Below are positions 19,068 to 29,810 of a DNA stretch of 32,000 bases, piece by piece. Below the pieces are notes generated by a model. That model did not search any database. It was not told where the DNA came from and worked only from the letters and a program-made list of their open reading frames with translations. Position 1 is the stretch's first letter. Every line of letters starts with the position of its first letter. The stretch lies in NCBI GenBank assembly GCA_963677765.1, contig OY782392.1:210001-242000 (forward strand), in the 5' to 3' direction. The position numbers were made by a program, and so were the translations under genes. The stretch is from Candidatus Saccharimonadota bacterium (GTDB taxonomy: Bacteria > Patescibacteriota > Gracilibacteria > BD1-5 > UBA6164).

Positions 19068-20420
19068 TTAAGTTCATAAAACTGATAATATTTCTTCTAA
19101 AGATGTTTCTCAAAGAATAACTTTAAGTAATCAGTCATCTTTTATAGGAACCATTCAGTCTCATACTGCTTGTATCTCAATTTGTAAACGAGATGCATTT
19201 TTTAAAACTAAAGTTTCCATTTTATCAGTCATTTCTAAAACCTCATATAATCAAACTCTTCAATTATATCAAGTATGATTACATTTTTCACATCATCAAT
19301 CTTTTGCTTTGTATAAAAATATATCATCTTTATTTTTTATATATTTTCATACTCTTCAAACTATATAATCTCTAATTTTATCACTTGCTTTATATTTTAC
19401 TTTACAATTAGTACAAAGCTTTCTAGCAAGTCTTTGACTTATTATCATTCTCAAACTAGAAGTTATCAACAAAGGATCAACTCATAAATTTATTAATCTC
19501 TGTATTGTATGACTAGCTGAGTTTGTATGGATTGTAGAAAAAACAATATGTCATGTAATACTTGCTTCAACTGCCAACTTTGCAGTTTCATCATCTCTTA
19601 TTTCTCAAACCATTATAATATCTGGATCTTGTCTAAGTAGACTTCTTAATCATCTAGCAAAAGTAAAATCAATAGCTGGATTTATTTGTGTATGATTAAC
19701 TCATGATATTCTATATTCAACTGGATCTTCAAGAGTAGATATATTTTTTTCTTTTGGATCAAATTGAGATAAAAGTGAAAACAATGTTGTTGATTTACCA
19801 GAACCTGTAGGTCATACAGCAAGAATCATTCAATAATTATCTTTTAAATGATTTTTTACTTTTACCATATTATAAGGCATAATACCTAATTGCTTTAATT
19901 CTGGTGGTCTATCATCTTTTTTTAGAAGTCTTACTACACATTTTTCTCAATATATAGTAGGAATAACAGAAATTCTCATATCTATGGATTTTCATCAAAA
20001 AAGCTTATATGCAATTTTACCGTCTTGAGGAAGTCTATGTTCATCTATCCTAAGATATGACATTATCTTAATTCTAGCAATAATTGCATCTTTATAAGAT
20101 AAATCTAATTGTTTATAATTTAAGAAGTTTCAATCAACTCTAAATCTAATTGTTATATCTTTATCATTTGGTTCTATATGTATATCTGATGCTCTATATT
20201 TAATAGCATTCAAAAATATATCATTTACAATACCTATTAACTCACCATCTTCTTGTTTTTCTCAGTAAGAATTTATATTTAAGTCAGAATTTATTGAACT
20301 TTTAGTAGTTTTAGCTCAATTTGAAGATACACCAAAAAGATCTTCTACTTTTGTGTTTTTAGTAGAAGTTCATTTGTTTCTAGAGATTTTTTGTTTCTTT
20401 AGTATATCTTGAATACTCAT
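19068..20420 (-). CDS. pilB: Type II secretion / type IV pilus assembly ATPase, GspE/PilB family (paralogue 2)
   Basis: ATG 20420, TAA 19068-19070, 450 aa. Motifs [16 protein letters not shown], Walker [37 protein letters not shown], tetracysteine CTNC...CEKC. Confidence 0.9.
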
Positions 20421-20478
20421 ATATAAATACATTAAAACTAACTCTTTATAAATAGTATCATAAATATATTTTTGATAC

Positions 20479-20509
20479 AAAAAAACAAGCTTGACATTGC
20501 TTGTTTTTT
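20479..20509 (-). terminator. Rho-independent terminator at the end of recQ
   Basis: Stem aaaaaacaagc / gcttgtttttt with an 8-nt loop. It overlaps the recQ stop (20508-20510) and separates recQ from pilB-2. Confidence 0.75.
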
Positions 20510-22790
20510 ATAAATCTTTTTTTTCTATCATTGAAATAGCTATTTTTATATCAAAATATGTTATTTTATCTTTTCATATTTTTTCTAAAGATTCTTTAAT
20601 TGGTTTTAATTTATCTATATTTCAATTAAAATCATTTATTATAATATCTTTTATAGTTTTTAGAGATGAAAAACTTGTGTATTTCATTATATCAGAAAGA
20701 CTAATCTCTCAGTATTCATATAATTTTATAACATGAGATTCAATTGTTATATTTTTAAGTCATCTTTCAGATTCTATATCTGATAAACTTTTTCAATCTT
20801 TTATCATTTTCAAAGTTTCTTTATAAGTATCAACTTTTTTATTATCAACAGAACTATTTCAATTTTTATTTGATTCTTTTTGTTTTTTATAAATTTCCTT
20901 TGTTCATAATCTCATTTTTATATATTGTTGTAATTCAGTATTATCTTGTTTTAAAATACTATCTCTAGTTATAGAAACAATTCATGTTTCTGTAATTCAA
21001 ACAAGAGGAAATTTTCAATTACTTCTATACAAATAATCATTTTGAATAAGAGCTTCAATAATTGACTGAATAGTTTCAGATGTTAAATCACTTAAAGCTC
21101 AAAAGTAGTCATCTTTATCCATATTCCAATCAGATATTTTTTTATCCTTACTTCACCGTAAAAATTTGGTAATTATTTGTAGTCAAAATTTTTGATCATA
21201 TTTTTTAACAACTTCTAAAACTAAACTAAAAACTGATATTTTTACGATATCTGCCATTTGAGTACTAGACATATTTTTTTTCTCTATACAAAAATCACAA
21301 CTTCAACATCAGTTTTTGATTTTTATCATATCCTCTTCATCTCAAAAATAATCTAATATAAATTTTTTTCTACAATGAGGATAAAATAATAATTTTTTTA
21401 TTTGTTCTAGTTTAAAGTAGTTCTCTGTTTTTAATGCTTCTTGATGTGACCAATCAACAGGAATCAAATTATGCTTAAACTTATTTTTTATAAGAGTAAG
21501 TCATCTTCATCTAAAGTCATTTGGAGTATCTTCACTATCAAGTCACCTTCTCAAAATATTATATTTTTCAAAAATTCTAATAATAGCTCAAACTAATAAG
21601 TCATTTTTTAATCAGCTTTCATTAGCCATAACCATATAAGTTTTAGTTATTTGATGATTTGCTCATTCTCAATACTTGAAATCACTATAAAGATAATCAT
21701 AAAAATCTAATATTGTTTTTTTATCTGGAAAAGAGTTATCTATAAAAAATTCTTGAATCTTTGTATCTGAAAAAGAAGCTAAAACAACTCAATAACTATT
21801 TTTTCAATCTCTTCATGCTCTACCTACTTCTTGATAATAGTTTTCAATACTACCAGGTAAATTATAGTGAATAACAAATCTTATATCTTTTTTATCAATT
21901 CACATACCAAAAGCATTAGTAGCTACTATAACTTTATAAACTCAATTCATAAAATTATTTTGTTCTATTTCTCTTTTTTCTGCTGGCATTTCTCAAGTAT
22001 AAACTCAGGCACTTATATTATTTTGAATCAAATAATCATAAACTTCCTTAACATTTTTTCTACTTGAACAATATATAATTCATGAACCAGGTGTTTTTTC
22101 TAGTATTTCTGAAACTTTTGATAATTTTTCATCTCTTTTTGAAATTTCTCTTATTATTATAGATATATTTTTTCTTTCAAATCATGTTGTAAAAGTTTTT
22201 GGTTCTTTTAATCATAATCTATCAACAATATCTTCTCTTACTTTTGAAGTTGCTGTTGCAGTAAGAGCAATAACTGGAAAATCTTTATTTTCTCTTAATG
22301 ATTCTATAAAATCTCTTAATTTCATATAACTAGGCCTAAAATCATGCCCCCATTGACTAATACAATGGGCTTCATCTATAGCTAGCAATGAAATTTTAAT
22401 TTTTGAAATAACTCTCAAAAAATCAGAATTATTAAGTCTTTCAGGAGCAATATATAGAAATTTTACAGTTCAGTCATTTTTTGAAATATCATTAAGTATT
22501 ATTTGTTTGTCATAGTTATCTATAGTTGAATTAATTAACTCTGCTTTTAGTCAAAGCTCATTTAATTTATCAACTTGATCTTTCATAAGTGATATTAATG
22601 GAGATATAACCAAAACTAGTCAATCCATAGCAACTCAAGGTAGTTGATAAGTCAAAGATTTTCATCATCATGTTGGCATAAAAACAAGAGTGTCTTTTTT
22701 ATTACAAACACTCTCTATTATTTCTCTTTGTCATTCTCTAAAATTATCTAATCAAAAATTAGATTTTAATATAGTATTTAAGTTATCCAT
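20508..22790 (-). CDS. recQ: ATP-dependent DNA helicase RecQ (long form with C-terminal extension)
   Basis: ATG 22790, TAA 20508-20510, 760 aa. Motifs [73 protein letters not shown], and Zn-binding Cys cluster CRKK...CGSCDFC. Confidence 0.95.
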
Positions 22791-22924
22791 TATTTATATA
22801 TAAATTATTCAATTTAATTTATTGTAACTAAAATATATATATTACAAATAAGAATTATTCTCATTTTATTTGACTTATGCTATATTTAAGTAATCTATAA
22901 GCAAAATAATACTAAAAAATAATT

Positions 22925-23731
22925 ATGTTTGATTGAAATATAATATTTGCATTGAGCTTAACTCTAATAGCATGACTTGCAACATGAATATGAAGTTTTT
23001 TGATTTTTTTTACAAAGAATTTTAATCCAAAATTTTTAGCAAGTAGTTTAGGTTTTTCAGCATGAGTAATGATATACGTATCATTTATGGAAATATTACC
23101 TAAAGCATTGGATGATTTAACAAAATACCATTGAGAAGAAAAATGATATTTATATATGACAATTGCTTTTTTCTTGTGAATAATAACTATAGCGATAATT
23201 GATAAAATAGTCCCCTCTTATGAAAATCCACATGAAATCAAAAATATAAAACAACTAAACAAAAAAGAAAACTCAAAAGAAAAAAAACTACTTAGAATGT
23301 GATTGTTTTCAGCTTTAGCAATAACTCTACATAATTTCCCTGAATGATTAGCAACATTTGTAGCAGCCTTATATGACCCTAGCTTATGAGTAAGTATAGC
23401 TATTGCAATTGCTCTACATAATATACCAGAGTGAATAGCTGTAGCTGCTCCAATATACTATGCCACAAAAAGTAAAATAAAAGCAGCTAGTTTATGATTT
23501 TTATCTGGTTTTGCAGAATTTATATGAGCTATAATATGATATGTATTTTTTATAAAATATGTATGAGATTTAAGTTTTTGATTTATATTTGCATTTGTTG
23601 CTGGTATAATGATTTATATTTCATTGGATGAATTACTACCAACTGCAGAAGAATATTGAGAACACCATATAGCTATTTGATGACTAATTGCATGAATGTT
23701 TATAATGGCTATAAGTTTAGTTTTATTATAA
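22925..23731 (+). CDS. zupT: ZIP-family zinc transporter ZupT
   Basis: ATG 22925, TAA 23729-23731, 268 aa. Motifs LHNFPEGLATF and LHNIPEGIAVAAP, with multiple TM segments. Confidence 0.9.
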
Positions 23732-23758
23732 AAAAGAACCCAAAAAGGGTTCTTTTTT
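23731..23758 (+). terminator. Rho-independent terminator of zupT
   Basis: Stem aaaaagaaccc / gggttcttttt with loop aaaaa and a T-run. Confidence 0.8.
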
Positions 23759-23783
23759 ATAATCTACTTGAATTATTCTAATT

Positions 23784-23817
23784 AAAACTAAAGGAAAAAT
23801 ATTTTCCTTTAGTTTTT
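23784..23817 (-). terminator. Rho-independent terminator of the 23824-24207 gene (face to face with the zupT terminator)
   Basis: 15-bp perfect stem aaaactaaaggaaaa / ttttcctttagtttt. Confidence 0.8.
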
Positions 23818-23823
23818 AACATA

Positions 23824-24207
23824 TTATTTAAATATTGAATTTCAATTAGGTAAATCATTAATATTTATAATAGGATTATTTATTACTATGAATAATATTA
23901 TTATAAATATTAATATTATTCATGTAAAATATAAGTAATAATATTTTTTATTTCTATCAAAAAATATTGGTAAAATCACCCAAAGGCTCAATATATAAAT
24001 ATATATTAATATATTATTAAACAATCAATAATATCAATAACAAGTATATCATGCATATCCTAGTCATCAAGATATTAAATTACAATTAGATAATACATAA
24101 ACATTTAATATATATGTATAAAGTAAATATAATAATAATGATATAATTATATATAAAGATATTTTAAAATATTTATTTTTAACTATATTTTTAATTTTTT
24201 CTTTCAT
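23824..24207 (-). CDS. Hypothetical small membrane protein
   Basis: ATG 24207, TAA 23824-23826, 127 aa, three strongly hydrophobic I/L/Y-rich segments. Low complexity, so confidence is moderate. Confidence 0.5.
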
Positions 24208-24227
24208 AAGTTTAAATTTATTATATA

Positions 24228-25526
24228 TTATTTAATTTTTAAATTCTTAATCAATTGTTCTAGTAGTTTATTTATAACTTGAAAATCTTTATCTATATAA
24301 TTTTCTCCATTAGTTATTTCTAGCATATAGTATAAAGTTTGTGGAGTTTTTGTAGTCCATCACTTCTTTAATTCTAAACTTAGTTTATAAATTCATGGTT
24401 CTAAATCTACTATTTTATAGTTTCATTTATTATCTAGTTCTATATATTGTTTTTCTTCTTTGTTTTTATCTTTTACTTTTTTATTTTGTTTTTTATATTT
24501 ATTTTTATTATTTCATTCTATTTCATCTTCTAACTCTTCTTGTTTTTCTAATATTAGTTTTGTAGTTTTGTTTAGTATTTCTTTTTCTAGTTGTTTTACT
24601 ATTTGAATACAATTTTTATTTCATATCTTTTTGCATATTTCTTGTGGTAGATATAGTCATATCTTTCAGCTTATATTTCATGATAAGATTTCTGGTTCTA
24701 TACTATAATCTAGTATTGGTTTAAGATTTTCTGTTGATTCTTGTATTCCATCATTGTCTAAATCTTTTGAATATATTAATGCAGTATTACTATTGTTTAA
24801 TACTTCTATCCAATTTATATCTAATTCTTGTTTTCAGTTTATTGTTTCTAGATTTCACAGCATAACTGTTCAAGTTCAACTATTTTTGAAGTCATCTACT
24901 AATATATTGTATGAATTATTTTCTATTTTATTATCATCGAAATCTATTTTAATATTTTCTCTTGATATATTAAAAGTATCAGTTTGTCATGATGCTGTAG
25001 TTATTCATTCTAGTTTTGTATAATAATCTCATCATGCTATCATTAAGTCATAGTTTTCTTCTATTTTACCATTTATTTCTATTGTTAAGTTTTCTAGTTT
25101 TTGTGGTAGGTAGATTTGTTTCCATGTATTATATGTAGTTTCTCAAGCATAGTTTACCACTATTCTAGTTCAAGGGATTTCTTCATATATTTCTCAGTTT
25201 TTATATCATGTTTTACTTCAATTTATATCAACTAATAATAAATCAGCTTCTCAATTAATAATAAAAGATGTATCGTTTTCATTAAATCACATAGGAGATG
25301 ATTTCTTTCAATCATTATTCATATCATTTATATCCATTAATCACATTAATGTTAAATTTGTCTCATTAACATCTGGCCATGATTTAATTATGATTTTTCA
25401 ATTATCATTTATTTCAATATATTGTTTATATGCTTTTAACTCTCAGTATTTTTCACTATTAAAAAATGGAAAATTAACTATATTATCATAAATATATATT
25501 TTCATTATCATTTCATATAAAATCAT
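24228..25526 (-). CDS. C-terminal reading frame of a large secreted/surface protein (frame B), probably continuous with 25483-26262 through a frameshift
   Basis: TAA 24228-24230. The frame is open up to a TAG at 25539-25541, with candidate ATGs at 25526, 25511 and 25505. There is no signal peptide of its own. It has a K/E-rich coiled-coil stretch and a C-terminal prealbumin/SdrD-B-like segment YKIVDLEPGIYKLSLELKKGWTTKTPQTLYYMLEITNGENYIDKDF. I checked all triplets and found no internal TAA or TAG. Confidence 0.6.
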
Positions 25527-26262
25527 AATTAGATAAATCTATATCATATATTTGTATAACATTTGTAATTAATGGACTTTTAATTGATTGTTTATTTAGT
25601 TTTCAATCAGTTAAATAATAAATATCTTCTTTTAATTTATCATGGAATAAAAATTTATCTATTTTAATTCAAAAATCATATTGTGAATAATCTAATACAT
25701 CTCATCTATTTCAAATTTTAGATAAATCTCAATTTGGATTTATATAAAATACAGAAGAGTTATCATTTGCAATATAGTTTATATCATTTTGTTTACTTAT
25801 TTTTTTTCATTTTAGATTATAATTAGAGCATTCTTCATTTATCATATATATATTTAAATCATCATTTGGATTTTTGTAATATACATATCAATTTTTTATA
25901 AACAAAAATTCTCTCTTATTATCTATTATATCATTAAATTCAGTTAAATATCATAAATCTAATAAGTGATATTCATTTCAATTTTTTATAGTTCTATATA
26001 CTTTACTATTTGATAAAAAGTATACATAGTTTTGACTTTCTCATAAAAATTCTAATCAATATGATAAATTATTTTCTAAAATTTTATATGAATATGAAGA
26101 TATATCTTTATCTAGATTTGATATGTTTCATAATACTCATTTTTCTATTTCATTTATACTTGCAGGCATTAAGTATAATCAACAAGAATCATTATATGTA
26201 TTATCATTTGCACTAACATTATTCCCTAATAAAAACATTACTATACATGATAGTATTAACAA
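25483..26262 (-). CDS. N-terminal reading frame of the same large secreted protein (frame A)
   Basis: TAA 25483-25485. The frame is open up to a TAA at 26278-26280. The only start in this frame near the 5' end is TTG at 26262, giving (M)LILSCIVMFLLGNNVSANDNTYND. A canonical ATG-AAA-AAG (26276) sits one frame off, just before a T6 run. I checked all triplets and found no internal stops. Confidence 0.55.
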
Positions 26263-26303
26263 AAAATCTTTTTCATATTAAGATTTTTAATGAATAAAGT
26301 AAT

Positions 26304-26336
26304 TTTTGGGAGATAGTTTATGTGTTTTGGGAGATA
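26304..26336. promoter_or_regulatory. Perfect 12-bp direct repeat TTTTGGGAGATA x2 (21-bp period) upstream of the large secreted-protein gene
   Basis: Copies at 26304-26315 and 26325-26336. They contain G in otherwise almost pure A/T intergenic DNA and lie 28-60 nt upstream of the gene's 5' end. Confidence 0.4.
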
Positions 26337-26379
26337 CTAAAATTATATAATTTTATAGTTATATGTAAAATTATAATGC

Positions 26380-26411
26380 AAAAAAAGATTGTTTTAAAAA
26401 CAATCTTTTTT
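26380..26411 (-). terminator. Rho-independent terminator of mnmA
   Basis: Stem aaaaagattgtt / aacaatcttttt with loop ttaaa. On the minus strand it is followed by a T-run. Confidence 0.8.
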
Positions 26412-26449
26412 AATAAAATATAATTTAGAGTAAAATAATTATAAGGGTT

Positions 26450-27532
26450 TTATCAACTAATAACTCAACTCATTATTAATTCATCATCTAAATATATAGC
26501 ACATATTTGTCATACAGCTATAGCTCTTTGTGAGTTTTCAAACTCAACTCTATATTTAAAACTAGATTTTATATCACTATTATATATATCTTGCTTGTAA
26601 ATAGTACAATCCTGATCTTCTTGTCTATATCTAATTTTTGCTTTAGCTTTTAATGGAAAACTAAATTCTGAATTAGATAAAAAATTGAAATCTTCAACAT
26701 ATAATTTATCATCAAAAAGTTGTAAATCATTTGAATTTCAAACAATTATTTCATTTTTTTCTATATCTTTTTTGACTACAAATATAGGTTCTGATTGTCA
26801 TCAAATATCAAGACCTTTTCTTTGTCCAATTGTATAATAATATACTCATTTATGTTCTCATAAAACTTTTCAACTAGTATCCTTTACTATACCTGGTTTA
26901 GGTTTTATCTTTTTTTCAAGAAACTTAGACATATCTACTTTTCAAACAAAACATATTCATTGACTATCTTTTCTAGTTGCATTTGGCAATCAAGCTTCTT
27001 CTGCTATTTTTCTAACTTCTGATTTTTCAAGGTTTCAAATTGGAAACAATGCTTTTGATAATTGTTCTTGATTTAATCAAGCTAAAAAATAGCTTTGATC
27101 TTTGTTTTTATCAATTCATTTTTTCAAATGATATAATCAATCTTCTCATTTTTCTATTTGAGCATAGTGTCACATTGCGATTTTATCAAATCAGTACTCC
27201 AAAGCTTCATCTAAGAAAACTCTAAATTTAACTTCACTATTACACATTATATCTGGATTTGGAGTAATTCATTTTTTATATCATTCGTACATATAATCCA
27301 AAACTTTTTGAGAATAAGTTTCCCTATAATCAAAAGTAAAAAATGGTATATCCAAATACTCTGCTACCTCTTTTGCTACTTCTATATCATCTTTTGTTGG
27401 ACAGTATTCTCCATCTGGTGCTAAATAGTTTATCATAAAACCAGCAACAACATCGTATCATTGCTTTTTTAATAAATAAGCTGAAACAGCACTATCTACT
27501 CAACCTGATAATCAAACTAAAACTTTTTGCAT
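26450..27532 (-). CDS. mnmA: tRNA-specific 2-thiouridylase MnmA
   Basis: ATG 27532, TAA 26450-26452, 360 aa. PP-loop VLVGLSGGVDSAVSAYLL, then TPNPDIMCNSEVKF, MGHYA, KDQSYFL, RKDSQGICFVG. Confidence 0.95.
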
Positions 27533-27591
27533 TTAATATTGTATATTTATTTGTTAATATAAATTCATAAAAAATAGTATAAATATATTTA

Positions 27592-27623
27592 AAAAAAAGT
27601 AAAACTTATAAGTTTTACTTTTT
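27592..27623 (-). terminator. Rho-independent terminator downstream of the 27622-28086 gene
   Basis: Inverted repeat gtaaaactt / aagttttac flanked by an 8-nt A-run and a T-run. Confidence 0.7.
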
Positions 27624-28086
27624 AATTATTAATAATTGTTCAGTTTTGAACAAGTTTATCTCTTGCATCATTTAAAAACCCAATTGCTTTGTGAGGTTTA
27701 GGAACATACCAAAATTCTCTAACTTTATCTCTTTGTTGTTCAACAACAAGAGTTCAATATCATATCATATTTGGCATTATTCAATTACAATAAGTATCTA
27801 ATTTTGTAATCTTATGTAAATCAATTAATTCAATATTATCAGTATCAATTAAACTAGATTTTATAACAATAATTTGATCTTTATATAAAATAATTAAATT
27901 ATTATAATACCTAATATAATAAAGTATTAACTTTATAAAAGCATAATTTAAACTAATAAAAACAAGTGGAAAAATAACATATGTTGTTAATTCATATCAT
28001 AATTTTTCTCAAAATAAAATTCAAATAGAAAAAAAACTAATTGCCACCAATAAGAAAAAAGAAAATTTTACATACTTAAAAATCAT
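27622..28086 (-). CDS. Membrane protein with a bacterial PH (bPH_2/YdbS-like) domain
   Basis: ATG 28086, TAA 27622-27624, 154 aa. Two N-terminal TM segments, then ILYKDQIIVIKSSLIDTDNIELIDLHKITKLD...GYGTLVVEQQ. The start overlaps the upstream gene's stop (ATGATTTTTAA). Confidence 0.6.
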
Positions 28087-28354
28087 TGTTATCCAATGTC
28101 TCCTGATCATAACGTAATCATATTTTTGGTAGTAAGTCATTTTCTGTAAAAGTTATCAAAACTAAACTCGAAAGAAAAAATAGCAATAAAAGTATGACTA
28201 TAAGCCTCCTTCTAACTATTCTATATCATCTAGATAAAGAATAGATTCCTGTATTTTGCATATGCCTATTACTCAAGTTTTTTAATCTCTTTATAACAAA
28301 AATATAAAGTAAAATAAGAAACAAAGCATATATCACTATGTATAGTATAGTCAT
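28076..28354 (-). CDS. Hypothetical small two-TM membrane protein
   Basis: ATG 28354, TAA 28076-28078, 92 aa. It overlaps the next gene by 11 nt. Confidence 0.5.
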
Positions 28355-28396
28355 AAATAAAATTTAGTTACTAACTAGAAAAATTATATAAACTAA

Positions 28397-28660
28397 TTAG
28401 AAAAAATCAATTTTTATTGTTTTATTTCTACTAGTTTCTCAAGATAAAATTGTTATATTATTTTTAGCTATTTTTAGTTCTTTTGATAAAAAATTTATAA
28501 TTTCTTTATTTACTTTTCATTTTTCAGGAACTCATTTTATTTTAAATTTTAAACATCCGTCATCCATCTCTCATAAAAATAAATTATTTTGACTATTTGG
28601 AACAACTTTTATTTTTACAATATTAATACTATTTTTGTCTATATAATCTAATAAATCCAT
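28397..28660 (-). CDS. DUF167 (YggU/UPF0235) family protein
   Basis: ATG 28660, TAA 28397-28399, 87 aa: ...IKVVPNSQNNLF...KFKIKGVPEKGKVNKEIINFLSKELKIAKNNITILSGETSRNKTIKI. Confidence 0.7.
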
Positions 28661-28731
28661 AAAAAATCTTTTAAAATATGAGTTTTAATATATAATAATT
28701 ATAATTAAAAATTTAAAATTAAAAAAATAAA

Positions 28732-29808
28732 ATGAAAATAGGGATAGATCTTAGATTTATAAAAGATGAGCTATACTCAAAATTTGCACTAGAGCTTGTA
28801 AAAGCCTATATAAATAGTAATTCTTGAAATAAATATACAATATATCTAAACAAAGATATAAATTTATGAATGGAAAATATTATTGATAAAAAAATAGTAA
28901 ATATTGAAAATGAAAGTTTTCAAGAACAATATAAATTTTTGAAAATATTAAAAGAAGACAAAAATAATACTATGATTTTTTTTAATCAATATAAACCAAT
29001 TTTATATAAATGAGATTATATAACTATAATATGATCATTAAAAGAAATCTATTATATGAATTTTAACTCTCATATAAAAAAAATGAAGTTCTTGTTTTTG
29101 ATGGAAAACAACCTAAAAAATTCTAGAAAAACAATATGTTTAGATAAAAACACAAAAAATGAACTTATAGAAAAGTATAATATAAAAGAAGAAAAAATAG
29201 AAATAATAAACTGATTCTTCCCTAAAAGCTGAAAAGTAGAAAACATAAATGAAATTGCTATAAATATAAAAAATAAATTTTTAATAAAAAATGATTATAT
29301 AATTTATTCATGATGAGATTCTATAGAAAAAAATTATGAAAAATTAGTTTTAGTATTAGATAGATTAAGAAAAGACAATATAGAAATTGATTTAGTGTTT
29401 TTATGAAATAATATTTCAAAAAATATTCAACTAAGAAATCATATACTTGATTTATGACTAGAAAAAAATGTATATTTTCTTTGATCACCTGATATAGAAT
29501 CAAAAAAATACTTATATAAAGAAGCTCTTTTTACAATATTCCCTAGTTTTTATGAAACTTTTCCTTTTAGACTAAGTGAACCCATGTATTTTTGAGCACA
29601 AATACTTTCATCAAATCTAAATAATATAAAAAAGATTTTTTGAGAAAAAATAACATACTTCTCACCTATATCAGTAAATAGTATTTACAAAGTAGCTAAA
29701 GATTTTATAATAAAAAATGAAAACAAAAAAGATATTGATTATTCAGAAATAAAAAATGAATATTCATTAGAAAAAACTACAAAACAATTACAAGAAATAA
29801 TAAAATAA
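28732..29808 (+). CDS. Glycosyltransferase, GT4 / group-1 (GT-B fold)
   Basis: ATG 28732, TAA 29806-29808, 358 aa. Starts MKIGIDLRF. The C-terminal half has the typical LYKEALFTIFPSFYETFPFRLSEPMYFG (E-x7-E region). Confidence 0.8.
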
Positions 29809-29810
29809 TT

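Noticed and set aside
22851-22861. Palindrome AGAAT-T-ATTCT upstream of zupT as a possible Zur/Fur box.
   Set aside because: It is only 11 bp, does not resemble known Zur/Fur consensus sequences, and no second copy is present. The support is too weak.
26262-26280. The six-codon ORF ATG AAA AAG ATT TTT TGT TAA as a genuine leader peptide or uORF.
   Set aside because: Its first five residues (MKKIF) form exactly the missing n-region of the signal peptide that continues in the adjacent frame. A one-nucleotide length difference in the T6 run is therefore the more economical explanation. The uORF idea cannot be formally excluded.
26339-26354. Perfect 16-bp palindrome aaaattatataatttt next to the direct repeats.
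   Set aside because: It is composed only of A and T. Palindromes of this type are expected by chance in this base composition and it may simply be a -10-like region. I did not treat it as an independent signal.
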